Positions 21,501 through 33,600 of a stretch of 42,824 nt of DNA are shown piece by piece. The notes beneath the pieces are model-generated. The model made no database searches, was not told the origin of the DNA, and saw only the letters and a program-made list of their open reading frames with translations. A program made the translations under genes and the position numbers. Every line of letters begins with the position of its first letter. Position 1 is the stretch's first letter. This DNA comes from a virus (Duplodnaviria > Caudoviricetes). Location of the stretch: IMG/VR virus record IMGVR_UViG_3300032233_002377, positions 1 through 42,824 of that record. The stretch is one strand, 5' to 3'.

Positions 21501-23007
21501 AACTTGTGCTACTTACTAGATAACCTTTTGCGGCACTATTTTTTCCTTGAATATATGCAGGAGTAGATTGAGTAAGTGAAGCATTCAATGTTAATGATGT
21601 ATATGTTTGAATATCATAAAGAGAACATTCAAATTGAGTTGATGTATCTGCATAAGAAACATTTTTGAGTTTTAGATCATAAACTCTTGCAACTCCAATT
21701 TTACTTCCTGAGGAAATTCCTAGAGTAGAAGTTCTATCTGAATATAGATCTACTTGTGTAATTGTGCCAAATCCAACAGGAAGTGATCCATATGTATTGT
21801 TTATTAATATTTGTCTACCAACACTAAATGGAATAGATTCATTAACTATAGTATCGGTAGTTCTTGGTTTATCTACATCTAAAATTGTATTGCTGATTGT
21901 TTCAATTTCATATCCTCTTACATAAGCTTTTCCTGGTCCTACAGATAAACATGCTAAATTATTTGATGGAATATTTCCTTGTTTTGTTTGTTGATTTTTA
22001 TTATAAATTCCATTATTTCCTATTTTATTATTTAAAGATTCGTTTAAAGAAACTGTAAAATCTTTGACGTAATAATCACCAGATTGATCATATGTTCTTC
22101 TTGCAAGTTCGTCTGCAATTACACTATATTGGGTATCTTTTTTAAATTTTTGAAGAATACCGTTCTCAACTCTTAATAGTTCAATAAAATTCTCATCATT
22201 AAAATCTGTTATTGCTTTTTTAATTAAAGTTGCAGTAATTTTTAATCTATCTGCACCTGGAGCAGCATAATTGGAAAATCCACTTGCATTATCGTATAAA
22301 TCTTTATATTCATTTGATGATATTGCAATTTCTTCACTAATTAGCAATCCAACTCTATAAGTTGGATTATTACTATAATAATCTAAAATTTGAGTTTGAG
22401 GAGAAACACTTACAAAAAATCCACGAATGAAATAAATACCTTCTGCAATTTTTGCCGCAGATCCGACAGAAGTTGAATTTGATATTATACTAGTCGCAAA
22501 AGTAGTATTTGCTCTGATGGAAGATGCCGAATAAGATATATCCTCAAGAGAAATTAAATTTTCACCATCAACAAAAGTTCTTGTTGAAAAATCGGTATCA
22601 CTTGATTTTTGATATTTGACATAAATTGTGTAATTAGATACTTCATTTGTATCAAAAGAAGATACTATATTTTCTATTTTTGCAGTAACACCACTAGTTT
22701 CACCTTTAATCTGTTTTCCAATAAAATTATCAATATAATTTGATACTGGAATTCCTAAATGATTATCATCAATTTGGACAGATGTATATTGTGAATCATA
22801 TGCAATTTGACCAGGAATTACTACAGATCCTTCTTGGAAAAAATGCTTACCAAACTGCTCAATTTGATCTTGTAATATTGATTGTAATGTTGTTAATTCT
22901 CTTGCTTGAATTGGAGTTGCAGGTTTAAATAATACTTTATTGTAATTTTTAAACCTATCAAAATCATCAAAATATGGAGAAACGTTAAGATTTGTATTTT
23001 GAGGCAT
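15505..23007 (-). CDS. Large virion structural protein (DUF4815/VrlC-like baseplate- or fibre-associated)
   Basis: 2500 aa; MPQNTNLNVSPYFDDF, VLFKP..PIQARELTTLQSILQ, APGADRLKI, KRYTMRDI.RLEDR, GFFVDNF, DPLAESF; follows gp8. Confidence 0.88.
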   Translation of the reverse strand: MPQNTNLNVSPYFDDFDRFKNYNKVLFKPATPIQARELTTLQSILQDQIEQFGKHFFQEGSVVIPGQIAYDSQYTSVQIDDNHLGIPVSNYIDNFIGKQIKGETSGVTAKIENIVSSFDTNEVSNYTIYVKYQKSSDTDFSTRTFVDGENLISLEDISYSASSIRANTTFATSIISNSTSVGSAAKIAEGIYFIRGFFVSVSPQTQILDYYSNNPTYRVGLLISEEIAISSNEYKDLYDNASGFSNYAAPGADRLKITATLIKKAITDFNDENFIELLRVENGILQKFKKDTQYSVIADELARRTYDQSGDYYVKDFTVSLNESLNNKIGNNGIYNKNQQTKQGNIPSNNLACLSVGPGKAYVRGYEIETISNTILDVDKPRTTDTIVNESIPFSVGRQILINNTYGSLPVGFGTITQVDLYSDRTSTLGISSGSKIGVARVYDLKLKNVSYADTSTQFECSLYDIQTYTSLTLNASLTQSTPAYIQGKNSAAKGYLVSSTSSSNTINLYQVSGTFISGEQITINGIDNGRTIASVRDYDLTDVHQIYATNTGISTFTADPVLSKYISLAAPGTQFTITASSVGISTVSTSDQNFYVGINTGDIVSYTKTGDSIPTYNKVSSVNTTLRSLTLSGLSTVYNVCSGSLPSSTISANDFKKVTLNILNTSNAFLYANLSNKNISNLDLTNGNIIIKKSYTVTVPFSGSLSESDTNLTLVPYSDEDYNLTFSNGAIEALTNQKISNIAGRTLTISNTTNTGTANLTVTYTKVNNKVRNKIYNRCSSIIVNKTSSGVSTSTSGLSTSQYYGLRVEDDEISLNVCDVESVLGVFESSSSSDPSLPKITLTNLNSNILNSIQGERIIGSNSNAVASLVSRNGSNEVELVYLNENTFITGEIVTFEESSITGLISIVEVGDKNIRDNFKLDNGQRSEYLDFSRIVRNPNTSSPSKRIKIIFNYYTIDSTDPGDFVGVNSYDKDRYSFNIPSIDTFRVTDLIDLRPRVSSYTGNSSPFEYNSRVFSSTTGSSQNIFAKNKTINLSYSYYLPRIDKLFLSKDGSFIVNKGVPALNPKVPDSLDTALEVATIFLPAYLYNVKDAKITFATHKRYTMRDISRLEDRVSNIEYYTSLSLLESDTQNLTIRDAQTGLDKFKCGFFVDNFKSYNGGDISNKNYKASIDVASGLLKPQTYSTSIDLLLGSEAVIGIGTTSNPNADLRFVTDLGSQDIKRVGSVICLNYSDVEYTKNKFATRIENVNPFNNINWIGSIQLNPSSDTWIDTRTTQRTIDLAGSYDGFVQSLGVDTNTGFSAVDWGAWETSWTGTSISDGPSISRLQTGSNLISDSGWVATSDSHASRAPDGVMRQSLTESQTFRDSFVDFSNQTVTTTSGQTRQGIQYGVTARYDTARLGDRVVSREIITTMRSRNIEIIAKRLKPTSRFYAFFDNVDVTSYIVPKLLEVSMTSGTFANGETIIGTLGSISIKFRLATQNHKYGPYNAALETYSINPYQPQNGLSNVYTSTTNILNIDTGSLELQSSSGFFGSVSIGMKLIGQTSNANATVTNLRLITDSSGTFIGSLFIPDPSIPSTPAFQTGTKTLLLTTSSTNSTIVGISESSAETNFISAGTLDNVEDSTLRLKNASVERFTRQDQRTLTDTTTKLVANNTFTDRTTEQTRWVDPLAESFEVNDPNGVYITKCDVFFKTKDTNNIPVTLQIRTMQSGLPSQTILPFGEVVLDPENVNVSEDASIATTFIFESPIYLERSNSYAIVLISASDSYNAWISRMGEVDISTVNKPDSEKIIVSQQPTLGSLFKSQNGSTWDASQLEDLKFILYRAEFTTNSASVRFYNPDLDIGNNQIVSLRPNPISSYSKSIFVGIGKSLTSSDLTNLTSGSIITQNNNSYFSGNLRSVVGAIGIGSGLTITNSGYGYTSNTTWSNVNLTTTTGFGKGATANLTIINNVAVAATVSAGGSGYAAGDTLTVNSSQTGNFGKNLILTIPNNSGIISSFNSLIVDNVQGNINANGSDVILSNGTQITSAVVSSTLDINDGLYIKVNHQNHGLYASNNYVKLNGIESDVAPVKLSSSYSSSSTADIQLSSVGILTTFENQPVSAANTGYVLIDKEIVGYTTYSSSLNTIGGISGNRGIDSTIPSSYDQNQLIFKYEFNGISLRRINKIHSFSNPAVDFTNYPISLDSYHIKIDTTKSGSDRSTDSSNGPDLFFKSTKNGGSYLYNISQSNSLNGAKASQNIAFNIVKPNIQTLLPETTSIETKIRTTSGTSVNGNEVSFVDKGFETISLNSNNFLNSTRIICSKENEQNNLPFLPGNKSLTLEMNLSTGDSKVSPMIDLDRVNLITIMNRIDTPISDFVLDPRVNDLSRDPNSAIYVSKIVKLDKASDSLKVLFDAYRDYTNDIRVLYRLLRNDSPTSQQYYELFPGYDNLNNGNVIDSSKNNGKPDRFVSASTTPNDFQSYEFTAKNLSLFNGFQIKIIMNGTNQAFVPAIRDLRVIATV

Positions 23008-23013
23008 TTGTTC

Positions 23014-24594
23014 TTAAAACTCCAAAACTATTTTAATATCTTCTTTTTGACTTGAAGAAAGTGGAATTGCTGATCTATTATCTATGTATATGATTTCACC
23101 AGACTTCTTATTATATTCTGCAGAAGAAATACCAGAAGTGAATGTTTGTCCAAGTTGATATGGTGTGCTATTTATTGTAGTAGTGATTCCATTAAATGCT
23201 GTATCTATATTTAAAATAGAACCAACAAAATTTGGAGAAGTACAGTTTATAGTTAATGTTCCAGATCCAGACACAGAAGAACTAAACTCATTAATTTTAT
23301 AATTAACAATTGCTGTTGCCAATCCTACTGATTGGTAGTATTTTAATACACCTGTTACATTATCCCAAGAAGCAACAAAACCAATTGCAGTAATACCAGT
23401 TCCTACTGTTTGTGTAATTACTGAGTCTACCGGATATGTAGTGCTTGTTGTAACACCTGCAAGTTTTAATGCTTTCAGAGCACTTACTTCTGCTGTATTT
23501 AAAAGTTGGGCATCACTACCAAAAACAGTTGGATTTTTGATAACACCAACTCTTGCAAAATCATTTCCCAAAATAGTATCAGGATTTGTTGAATCAGTCT
23601 GAAATCTTGAATATAAAAGAACACGATAAGCCCCAAGTTCTCTGTAAATATTATATCCATGTCCTCCTTTTGGTGGAATAATGACATTAAATGATGCAAA
23701 GGATCCTGCATTTGTCAATCCCGTAGGAATTCCATCTGCCCCTGGAATGAAATTTACAATACCATTTGTATAACCACTTCCACCATCAGTAACAAAAATA
23801 TCTGACACTCTTCCAATAGAATCAACAGTTACAGTTGCTTTTCCTCCACTACCATCACCCAAAATTGGAATATTTGCAAAAGAATATGGAAGACCAGCAC
23901 TATATTGATATCCAGATCCAGAATTTGTAATAGTTATAATTTGGATTTTTCCATCTATTGCATTATTTTTGATAGAAATACTTTCACCAGTAGTTCCCCA
24001 ATCTTCTGGAACAGGAATAAAATCAATTGAATCGAATTTTATAATTTCTGATGGTTTAATAGTAAAAAGATATTTCCAAATATATCCATCACCACTTGTT
24101 CCTGCTACTCTTGGTTCCAAATCTACAAATGTAGGTTGATCAAATGATGGTTTTCCAGTTGGTGTATTTGCATCTGTTCCATTTTGTAAACAAATATAGA
24201 CTCGTAAATCTTCATTAATCACATAATAATTTGAATCATATAATCTACTTTTTTTAGTTTTAGGAGTTATGTTGTATATGGAATAATCATCTCTATACAT
24301 TTCATAGGTTGTTCCTGCTGACCATTGGATTTTTCTTATTACTCTTCTTACATCAGAACTTGTTATTTTTTTTAATGATATGATTGTTTGTTTTATTTGA
24401 TTTTCATCAGCAAAACTATCCAATGGATTCAATCCTTCTCCCCAATTTGGAGATCCACCTGCTTGAATATTGCCACTATTTGGTTGTCCCAAAAAAGCAT
24501 AATAATTATTTGCTGTATTTCCTATTGAAGTGAAACTTTGGACAAAAGTCTCAGCATTCAGTACTCTAAATTGATCTGATATAATTGCAGGCAT
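23014..24594 (-). CDS. gp8: Baseplate wedge subunit
   Basis: MPAIISDQFRVLNA, W..GTTYEMYR.DY, VYICLQNG, DGYIWKYLFTI, PPKGGHG, SGEIIYIDNR, QKEDIKIVLEF. Confidence 0.92.
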   Translation of the reverse strand: MPAIISDQFRVLNAETFVQSFTSIGNTANNYYAFLGQPNSGNIQAGGSPNWGEGLNPLDSFADENQIKQTIISLKKITSSDVRRVIRKIQWSAGTTYEMYRDDYSIYNITPKTKKSRLYDSNYYVINEDLRVYICLQNGTDANTPTGKPSFDQPTFVDLEPRVAGTSGDGYIWKYLFTIKPSEIIKFDSIDFIPVPEDWGTTGESISIKNNAIDGKIQIITITNSGSGYQYSAGLPYSFANIPILGDGSGGKATVTVDSIGRVSDIFVTDGGSGYTNGIVNFIPGADGIPTGLTNAGSFASFNVIIPPKGGHGYNIYRELGAYRVLLYSRFQTDSTNPDTILGNDFARVGVIKNPTVFGSDAQLLNTAEVSALKALKLAGVTTSTTYPVDSVITQTVGTGITAIGFVASWDNVTGVLKYYQSVGLATAIVNYKINEFSSSVSGSGTLTINCTSPNFVGSILNIDTAFNGITTTINSTPYQLGQTFTSGISSAEYNKKSGEIIYIDNRSAIPLSSSQKEDIKIVLEF

Positions 24595-24612
24595 TTTTAA
24601 AACACTTTTTTC

Positions 24613-24620
24613 TATTTATT
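24613..24620 (-). promoter_or_regulatory. Late promoter AATAAATA upstream of gp8
   Basis: NATAAATA in the gp7/gp8 gap. Confidence 0.7.
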
Positions 24621-24622
24621 CT

Positions 24623-27600
24623 TTAAATGATACCACGAGTTCTATAAACAGTAGGACCAGAAGAAATTCCAATTAAACCATTATCAACATTTAAAGTAAA
24701 TGTTTTTGGTTTAAAATTAGATCTATTGAAGTAATTATAAATTTTACTCCAAGAGTAACGTCCATAAAATGTATTTACACCAACAGAGACACTTATAGGA
24801 TATCCAGATGGACCAGGAGCAAAATTACAACCTACAGTCACAATTCCAGAATTAACATCTGTTGATACTCTTTCTGCTCTATATACACCATCAAGATAAG
24901 TAGTTGCTGTTCCTACTTTTGATGTAGGATAATTAGATAATCCACCTAAACTAGTTGTAATTCCTGTAAGTGCATGACCACAAATAGAATTACTATTAGA
25001 AATAATAAAATAATCACCGATACTAATTTGACTATAATTAATTCCAAAACTATTTAAAGATGAATATCCAATTCCAATTGGATAACTATCAGATTTTAAA
25101 GTAAATGATATCGTAGAACTTGCTACACTAACATTTACAATAGTTCCATAATCCCCTTGTGCTGAAATTGAATAAATCATTTCATTTTTTGTAGTATCAC
25201 TTTCAAATAACACTGGTAAATTATAATCTAGAGGATATCCAAAACCACTGTTGGTCATATTGACAGAACTTACTTGACCATTTACTACACTTGCAGTTGC
25301 AGTTGCTTTATTGTATATTGGAGTTGCATAAATTGCTGTTCCTGAAGATCCAACTGCAGAAGTTAATGTTAATGAAGAATTATAAATGATGTCATTTATT
25401 TTATTTGATTGATTTGTGCTGCGATTTGTCCAATTTGCCAAATCAAATGAGAAGTATAATTTTCCAGAATCATTTAATGTATAATAAACATTTTCATAGT
25501 ATTTAATATTTTTTAAATTATCTGAAATATTTGATGTAATTGAGGTCCAATTTTTTCCATCCAAAGAAGTTGCAATATATCCAAAACCATTTACTTTATC
25601 TCCAACTACAACATACTTATTACCATCCCAAATTACTTTATTGAGATTTACGGATGGTGTATTTGTTGAATTTGTCCAAGTCAATCCATTATCAGAAGTA
25701 ACTAATTGTCCATTACTTCCAACACCAACAAATTGATTTTGATTTGTTGTAATACTATTCAAAGTATTAGAAGAAGATTGTCTTTGTATGAAGTTAGTAG
25801 ATCCAACACCAACAGCAGAGAATATTACACCAGAAGATCCAACTACAACCCATATGTCTGTTGTTGATGAATAAACAACATCATTGAAAGTTCCAACAAA
25901 AGAATTTGGAGAATATGTAATATTATTTAAAAAATCTTGTGTTCCAGTTAATAAATTGAGTTTTTTCCAAGATGAAATTGTTGTTCCAATACCAACAGAA
26001 TTTATGATAGTTCCAGTATCTCCAACTGCAACATATACATTTGATGGTGATACATTAATTGAATTGAATGATGTTGTTTTTCCATATCCCAATGTGCTAT
26101 TTTTCCAATTAATTCCATCCACACTAGTGCCAACAAGACTACTTGTTCCAACCGAAACAAATATATTACCATAAGAAATTGATTTGAATTCATATGAAGT
26201 AGTTAATCCAACAATTCCAGACCAATTATATGTTATATCTTTTTTGTATATTCTCGATGGTGGAATAATAACATTTGGTGAAGTATTGTTAATATAACCA
26301 GATCCACCAAAAGAAACAACAACACTTGAAATAGTTGATCCAGAAGATACTATTGCTGTTCCCATTGCGGGAGAAATAACACGATTTTCAATAATTTCTA
26401 CATTTCTTAAAGTTTGAGTTAAACCTTTATTTGAGTCAATATCAACAAATAATGGATATGCATTATCAACATATATTGATGAATCACTTGGCAAAACTTG
26501 TTTAATAATTTGAGCAGATGGAATAACTCTTGATTTTAAATCTGGTCTTGCTTTTGAATACAAAACACCATTAATTATTGTATCGGTGATTTGTTTTGTC
26601 CAATCCATAGGTCTAAACACAGAAGCATTAATGCCAAAACTATTATAAGTAAACGTATCCAATTGATCGTATGTAACAATTTTTTTCACAACTCTATCAA
26701 ATTGTGATCTAATTGTTTGATCATATAAATCATTTTTAATTTTTATATTATCTCCTGGTTTAATTGTTTTTGGTGGATCTATTTGTTCAACATCCAAATC
26801 TGATCCACGATAAAATAGAATATTACATTTTGATCCTTTTTTTGGAGCATCTGTAAATATAATTCTAGAATTCTGAACAGTGTATGAATAATTTTGTTTT
26901 TTTATGTTACTTAAAGATGTTGCAACTGAATAAGAATAATTTGGTGATTGTAATATATCATCAATAAAAATAAAAATATTTTTATTTGGATCTAAATCTG
27001 ATCCATCAGGAACTCTAAATGCAAATATATCAGTAATTCCATTTTCGGTCACAGTAAGAGTAAATTTAGTTTTTACTCCATCAAAATAATTAGAAATATC
27101 ATCAAATTTTATAAATTGTCCTGGGTAATAACCAGAGAATTTGTCAGTTAAAACTTCTTGTACTGTAATTCTAAATTCACTAAATCCAACTCCAACAGTT
27201 GGATTTGTAGTAATTCCAGAAACTTTTAATACTTCTCCTACTTTATAACCATATCCTGGATTATCTAAATTAAATCCAATAATACTTGATCCATTTCCAA
27301 CTACAACAGAAACTTGAGCATCTGTTCCTACACCAGAAGAACCTCCTGCATATAAAAGACTTAAATTGCTATATGATCTTGGTATTTCAATTGACACAAT
27401 TGGTAATGATGTGTTGGTATATCCAGAACCTGGATTTACAATTGAAAGTGATGTAATTGTTCCACCAGAACCAACTGTTGCTGTAATTGTTGATCCAGTT
27501 CCAATTGTTGAAGCAATACTTATATTTGGTGCAACTACATATCCTGATCCATATCCAGTCAAATAAACATTAGATATTGTTCCAGCAGCAGATACTGAAA

Positions 27601-30600
27601 CAGTCGCAGATGCACCCACAAGAGGTTGATAACCATATCCAGTAGTAATAGCAACTCTTACAATTTTTCCAGCATTAGGAACACCACTAATGAACTTAAT
27701 TGTATTATTTCCTGGTGTATCGATAATAAAATCTTTTCCAGATACTTGTGAAACATTATTGATTAAAATAATCGGATTATTGTTAATGTTGGATACACTA
27801 TTCAAAATAGTATTTGAATTTGTATATAAACCAACAACATTTTGATTATTTGATTTGAGTATAAAATTATTTCTTATCACTGTAAAAGTGGTTGTTGCAA
27901 TTCCAATTAAATTATTATGAGTTGGAATTATTGTTATTGATCCTATTCCAATAGAATTGATTATAGTATTTAATGGTAAAAGTAAATTATTAGAATATTG
28001 TACATTAATTGTATCACCAAGAGCAAAAGAAGAAGTATCAATTCCAAGAATTGAAGAAGGATAATTGGAATCTAATGATCCTGTAAATATTCCAATTGGT
28101 GTCGATCTGCCGGTAAATTGTATTGATATGTCATCTAAAATTAAATTTTTATCATTTGGTTTTGCTATTGCATCAAACTTTCTTGAAAATGCTCTTCCTT
28201 CAAAACTTGATGTTACTGATAATGAAGTTGTAAATCCAGTATTGTCTGATGATTGACCATATATTATTTTTCCATATGGAGGTTGTGTAAAATAAATGGT
28301 ATCATTAACTATATTAAAATCTCCTCTTACAATGGTAACTGCTGCTCCAGAATTATGAGTATTTGCGATTGATCCTAAGAAACCTCTTTCTACATTAATT
28401 GAATTTGTCGATCCAATTCCAATATTTACAATTTTCAAATATTCATTATCAATTTGAAGAAAATCCAATCCACTAATTGAAGATATTCCTGAACTTACAT
28501 AAATTGTTGTTGATGAAATCCCAACATTTGAAGATAAAGTAGTATATAAATTTCTTCTATAAACTGGACTTTGTATGATATTATCAAGTTGAATTAAAAC
28601 ACTTGGATTTGGATCTTTTAATGCAAATGAATGACTTCCAACACCAACTGATGTTAAATATAATACATTTTCTGTTGTTGTATTTAAACCAGAAACTCTA
28701 AAATTATTATTATCTATTTTTTTAACATAAACATTTTTTGGCAATATGTTTGAACCCAAAACAGTTGGACTTACATAAATGTTGTCTAGTGGTGTAGATC
28801 CACCTACATAAGTACCAGCAATACTAATATTGTTTGTCAATGCATATCCAACACCACCATATGCGATAGAAATTGAATTGACAATACCACTACTATCTCT
28901 AGAAACATTAAATTTAGCACCAGTTCCAAATCCAGTTACAGATGTACCAGGGACATTTGAATATGATTGATTTGCTTGAGTTGAAATGCCAGTATTTGCT
29001 ATTTTTGATACTTTAAATGATAAATCATTGGTTGGTGTAGTTCCTCCAATATAAGTTCCAGAAATTGAAACAGTATTTCCAATACCGTAATAATTTCCAC
29101 CATTATTCAATACCAATGAAGTTGAAATTGGTGTTCCTGTTCCATCATAAACAATAAATACACTAAATTTAGCATTAGTTCCAATACCAGTTGTAGATTT
29201 TTGTGGGAATGGATTTCCAAATCCATAAAATACATTTTTTGATGCAGATGAAGAAACAACTGCAGAAGTTCCAGATATTGTTGTGCTGATTGCAACATTA
29301 TATCCATTTTCATAAATTGCACTTCCAATATATCCACCACCAGAAACTTCCATAATAACACTTGAATCTGTCGAGGCAACAGATAGGTATGGAATATTTC
29401 CACTTGTATTTTGAACTATTACTGAACTTTCTAATATTGAAGTTGTAGCAATACCAATTGGAGTATTGTTTCCATATGAATAAATTATATTTTGTCCTGT
29501 TTGGAAATTATGATTGGGAATTGCAAAATACTGAGAAGATAAATTTACCGAGGTTGTAATTGAATTTGAACTATCAAATTCTTTATAAAATAATGGATAA
29601 AAAGAAGTTCCAATCGAATTTGTCAATTTAAATGAACTTAAACCAACTATAGAATTTCCTGGCAACAATCTATTAAAAGTTAAAGTTTGTGTAGTTATTC
29701 CAGATATAACTTTATGTCCATAAAATGTTCCAATTCCAATTGAATTAATACCAATTGATATTATTGTAGTATCGATTGGATCTTTTAATAATGTACTAAA
29801 TCCAATATAATCTCCAATTTGCAATCCAGATGTTGATACTCCAAGATTAAATGGATTTGATGAATCAAAAGTAACAGAAGTTGTTGCAATAGAAGTATAT
29901 GTTTTTGATCCAGTAAATTGATCACTTATATCATTAATTTGTAAAACTTTGTTTGTATTGCATAATAAGTATGGAGTGAGATCTACACCAGTCAGTACTA
30001 CTGATTCTACAGAACCATCTTCAAATATATTATCATCAACAGCAGTTGCAAAATTATTTCTAGTATTAAATGATGCCAAATTATCAATCTCCACCAATAA
30101 TGATAATGAAGATGCAGTAGAAACAATCATATTTGAAGATTTTGCAATTCCAATATTAACTGGACCATCAGTAGGAATTCCAATAACATTTAAATCGGAA
30201 AATTCTTTATATCCAGATGGATGCACTAAAGATTTTACTGGTTCTTTCCATTTGTCATATGATATTTGACTTTTTATTGCATATGAAAATTTTTGATAAT
30301 AATTATTATCCGAAATTCTTTGGAGATAGTCATTAGTAATACCAACTGGATCACTAAAGTTATTAATTTTATCTCTTGATACTCCTAATGATGTTTTTAA
30401 TTTAAATTGATTTACATTTTTTACTGTCCCTTCTAATTTTGAAATTTGGCCTTTTAATTTATTTCCAATTTTTAAATCACCTTTGCAGTTATTCATTCTT
30501 ATTTCATTAATATCATTATCCCAACCATTTTCCATAACGGTTGCAGAAAAAACATTATTACCAGATTTATCATAACCAAAAACAGATTCACCTGATGTAT

Positions 30601-33600
30601 AACTCAAATCATCAACAATAAACATTTGGAATTTAGCAATATCCTTTTCATTGACCACATAACCAGGACCAAATCTGATATCATAAATTCCAAAATTAGT
30701 ACTAATTCCAGATGCACTATAAGTCACAGTATAGTTAATAGTGCTTATTCCAGTTACAGTGAAGAATTGATAATTATAATTTTTTGAATTGTAATTAGTT
30801 CTTACTATTAAATCTCCTTTTGTATCATATTCATCAAAAATTCTACATCTTTCAATAAAAATTTTATCCCCAACTGAAAATGGAAATTGAACATTTGAAC
30901 TTCCATAAGTATTAGAAAACAGTGGATAAATTTGATTATCTACATTAATAAGTTCTAAAATTACATCATTTCCAGATATTTTAATATCATTAATATCATA
31001 ACCATTTGAATTATTTGTCGATATTATATTTAATGGTACTATCAAATCATTAGTATTTTGATTGATAGATACTGATGTTACTGATTGTCCTTGCAATGAT
31101 GCAGATAATTTGATTTTATCATTTTCGATTACTTTTAAAATTGGAGGATAATTATAATTTTTTCCACCAGTAATAACTCCAACATAATCGACCCTAGAAA
31201 TATCTTTAATTTGTGCTACTGCTGGAACTCCAAGATATGGATTTAGAGTGACATCTGTTGGATAATCAAATCCATCTTTAACTCTTTCCAATAAATCAAT
31301 TTTTCCTAAATTATTTGAATCTGTTCTTAAAATAGAATCTGTCCCAATTCCAGATGTTATTGAAGTTATTTTTGGAAGTTTTTTATATCCTTTTCCAGAT
31401 GCATTTATTTTTATTTTTGAAATTGGACCTTTTGCATTTAAAGAATCTGTATCATAAAATATTGAAGTGATTCCAGAAATAGATGTATATGATGTAGTTT
31501 CTGGTTTTTTTGATAAATCAAATTTGAATGAGGTGCTTCCAATTCCGATTATTGAATACTCTTTATTATAAACACTTTTATTTAATTTTATTTGATTTGA
31601 ATTTAATACTTCAGAATCAGAAGAAATTTGCTTTTGTACATTTGATGCAAAATCTTTTGCAATAAAATTATAATATATTTGATTTGGATAATTTTTTGTT
31701 TGTGTTGTCAGTATAAGATTATTATAATTATATGTTTCCAATTCTTTTGTAAAGTTCCTATCACTATAAAGAACTAGTTGCATATTATTAAGACTTGAAT
31801 CTGAAACATCAAAACCAATAGTGTTTCCTTGCGTTGCGTTTATTTGTGGATTTATTTTTGCAAAATAATGGATTCCTGTACTGGAAGATGTTAATATTAC
31901 AGTTGAAATTCCAACACTTGCATCATATCCATAATTACATAAACTAATTCTGTCGGGATTTTCTTTTAAAATAAAATATGTTGTATTGTCATTTAATCCA
32001 CCAATAGGAGAATTTCCACCTGCATAATATACAACTTTATCTCCAGTAATAAAAGAATTATTTGGAATATTTACTGTCGAATTGGAAGTATTAATTCCAG
32101 TGGAAGGATCAAATGCAATTTTTTCTGTTGTTATTTTTCTTATAATTGGATCATATCTAAAAGTAATCGTTTCATTTCTATTTGGAAAAAGATTGAATAT
32201 AACTTTATCACCAGTAATTAATTCATGAGTTTGTGCAGTCGAAACATTTACAGAGTAATTTTCAACTCTTCCTTGAATTAAATTATAATTTGTTGTCAAT
32301 GAATGAGAATATCCAACGTTATAATTATCTCTAAAATACAACGAATTTAATTGTGTGCCAATTCCAGAAGAAGTTGTAAAACCCAATGTAGATAATCCAA
32401 CAAAATCAACTCCAAAATTCAATGCATAGACAGTTTGACTATCTTGAAGACTAAATGTTGTTCCTGTTCCAGTATTTGAAACTAGAAGACCTTGATTGGA
32501 TGTTCCAGTATTATAAGTTAATTGTTGACCAGTATAAAAAGTGTGATTTGGTATATAAATTGATCTTGATGGTACAAATATATTTGTAACACCAATTCCA
32601 GAAACAAAATAATTTGTTCCAGAAGTTCCGACACCAACACTATTAGATGGATTAAAGTATATTACATCGTTGTTATATGATGATGAAGTTACATTTTCTT
32701 GTACAAAATTAAATTTAGTTGGTAATAAATTTACAGAAGATATTCCAGCAGTATGCACTCCAGAAAAATTATCATAACGATTTACAATAAATGATGATTT
32801 TTCGGATACAATATTAGTAATTTTTAATACTTCTGAATCTATTTGAATGTAATCATTAACTTCAAATCCAGAAATATCTGTAACTAAAATAGATGTAGAT
32901 ACTCCTGTCAAAGATTGACTTAGAATAGAACTTGTTAATCCAACAGTTTTTTGAAATACATTAATTTTTTTATAACCTTCTAAATTTTTATAATTAGAAT
33001 CGGATATCGATGATACAAGAATTTGATCTTGATCAAGTAAATTATGTGGTGTCCCAGTTACTCCAAATATTATATTTGATTTATTGTAAAATACAACATT
33101 ATTAAAAGTGGATATTCCAACTATAATATTACTTATATCTTTTCCTTTAACTCTTGATACAACTGCAGAAACACCTGTACCTTCTGTAAATTCATTATTA
33201 AAATTTAAATTATCATTAACTTTATAATTATTTCCAGAATCATAAATTGTTATGGAATTTATTCCAGATGATAAAGTTTTTGTGACAATAAAATCTTGTT
33301 TGTATTTTTTATCTACAGAATTCAATAAACCATAATTAGATTGATTTGAATTGATAAAATATGGACTATTATTTCTTACAATATCAATATTTTCAAAATT
33401 TATATTTTGATCAAACTGACCATCATAATTTTGTGAAATTGGATTATTTTTAAACTGATTACCAATTACATATGGATAATCATTTGTAGAAAAATATGCA
33501 TATGTTCCATTTGGAAATTCTGGTGTAGAACTTAAGTATTTTCCATTATATTCATCCAAATCACCAATTGAGTAAAAATATTGATAATCTTGAACGAAAA

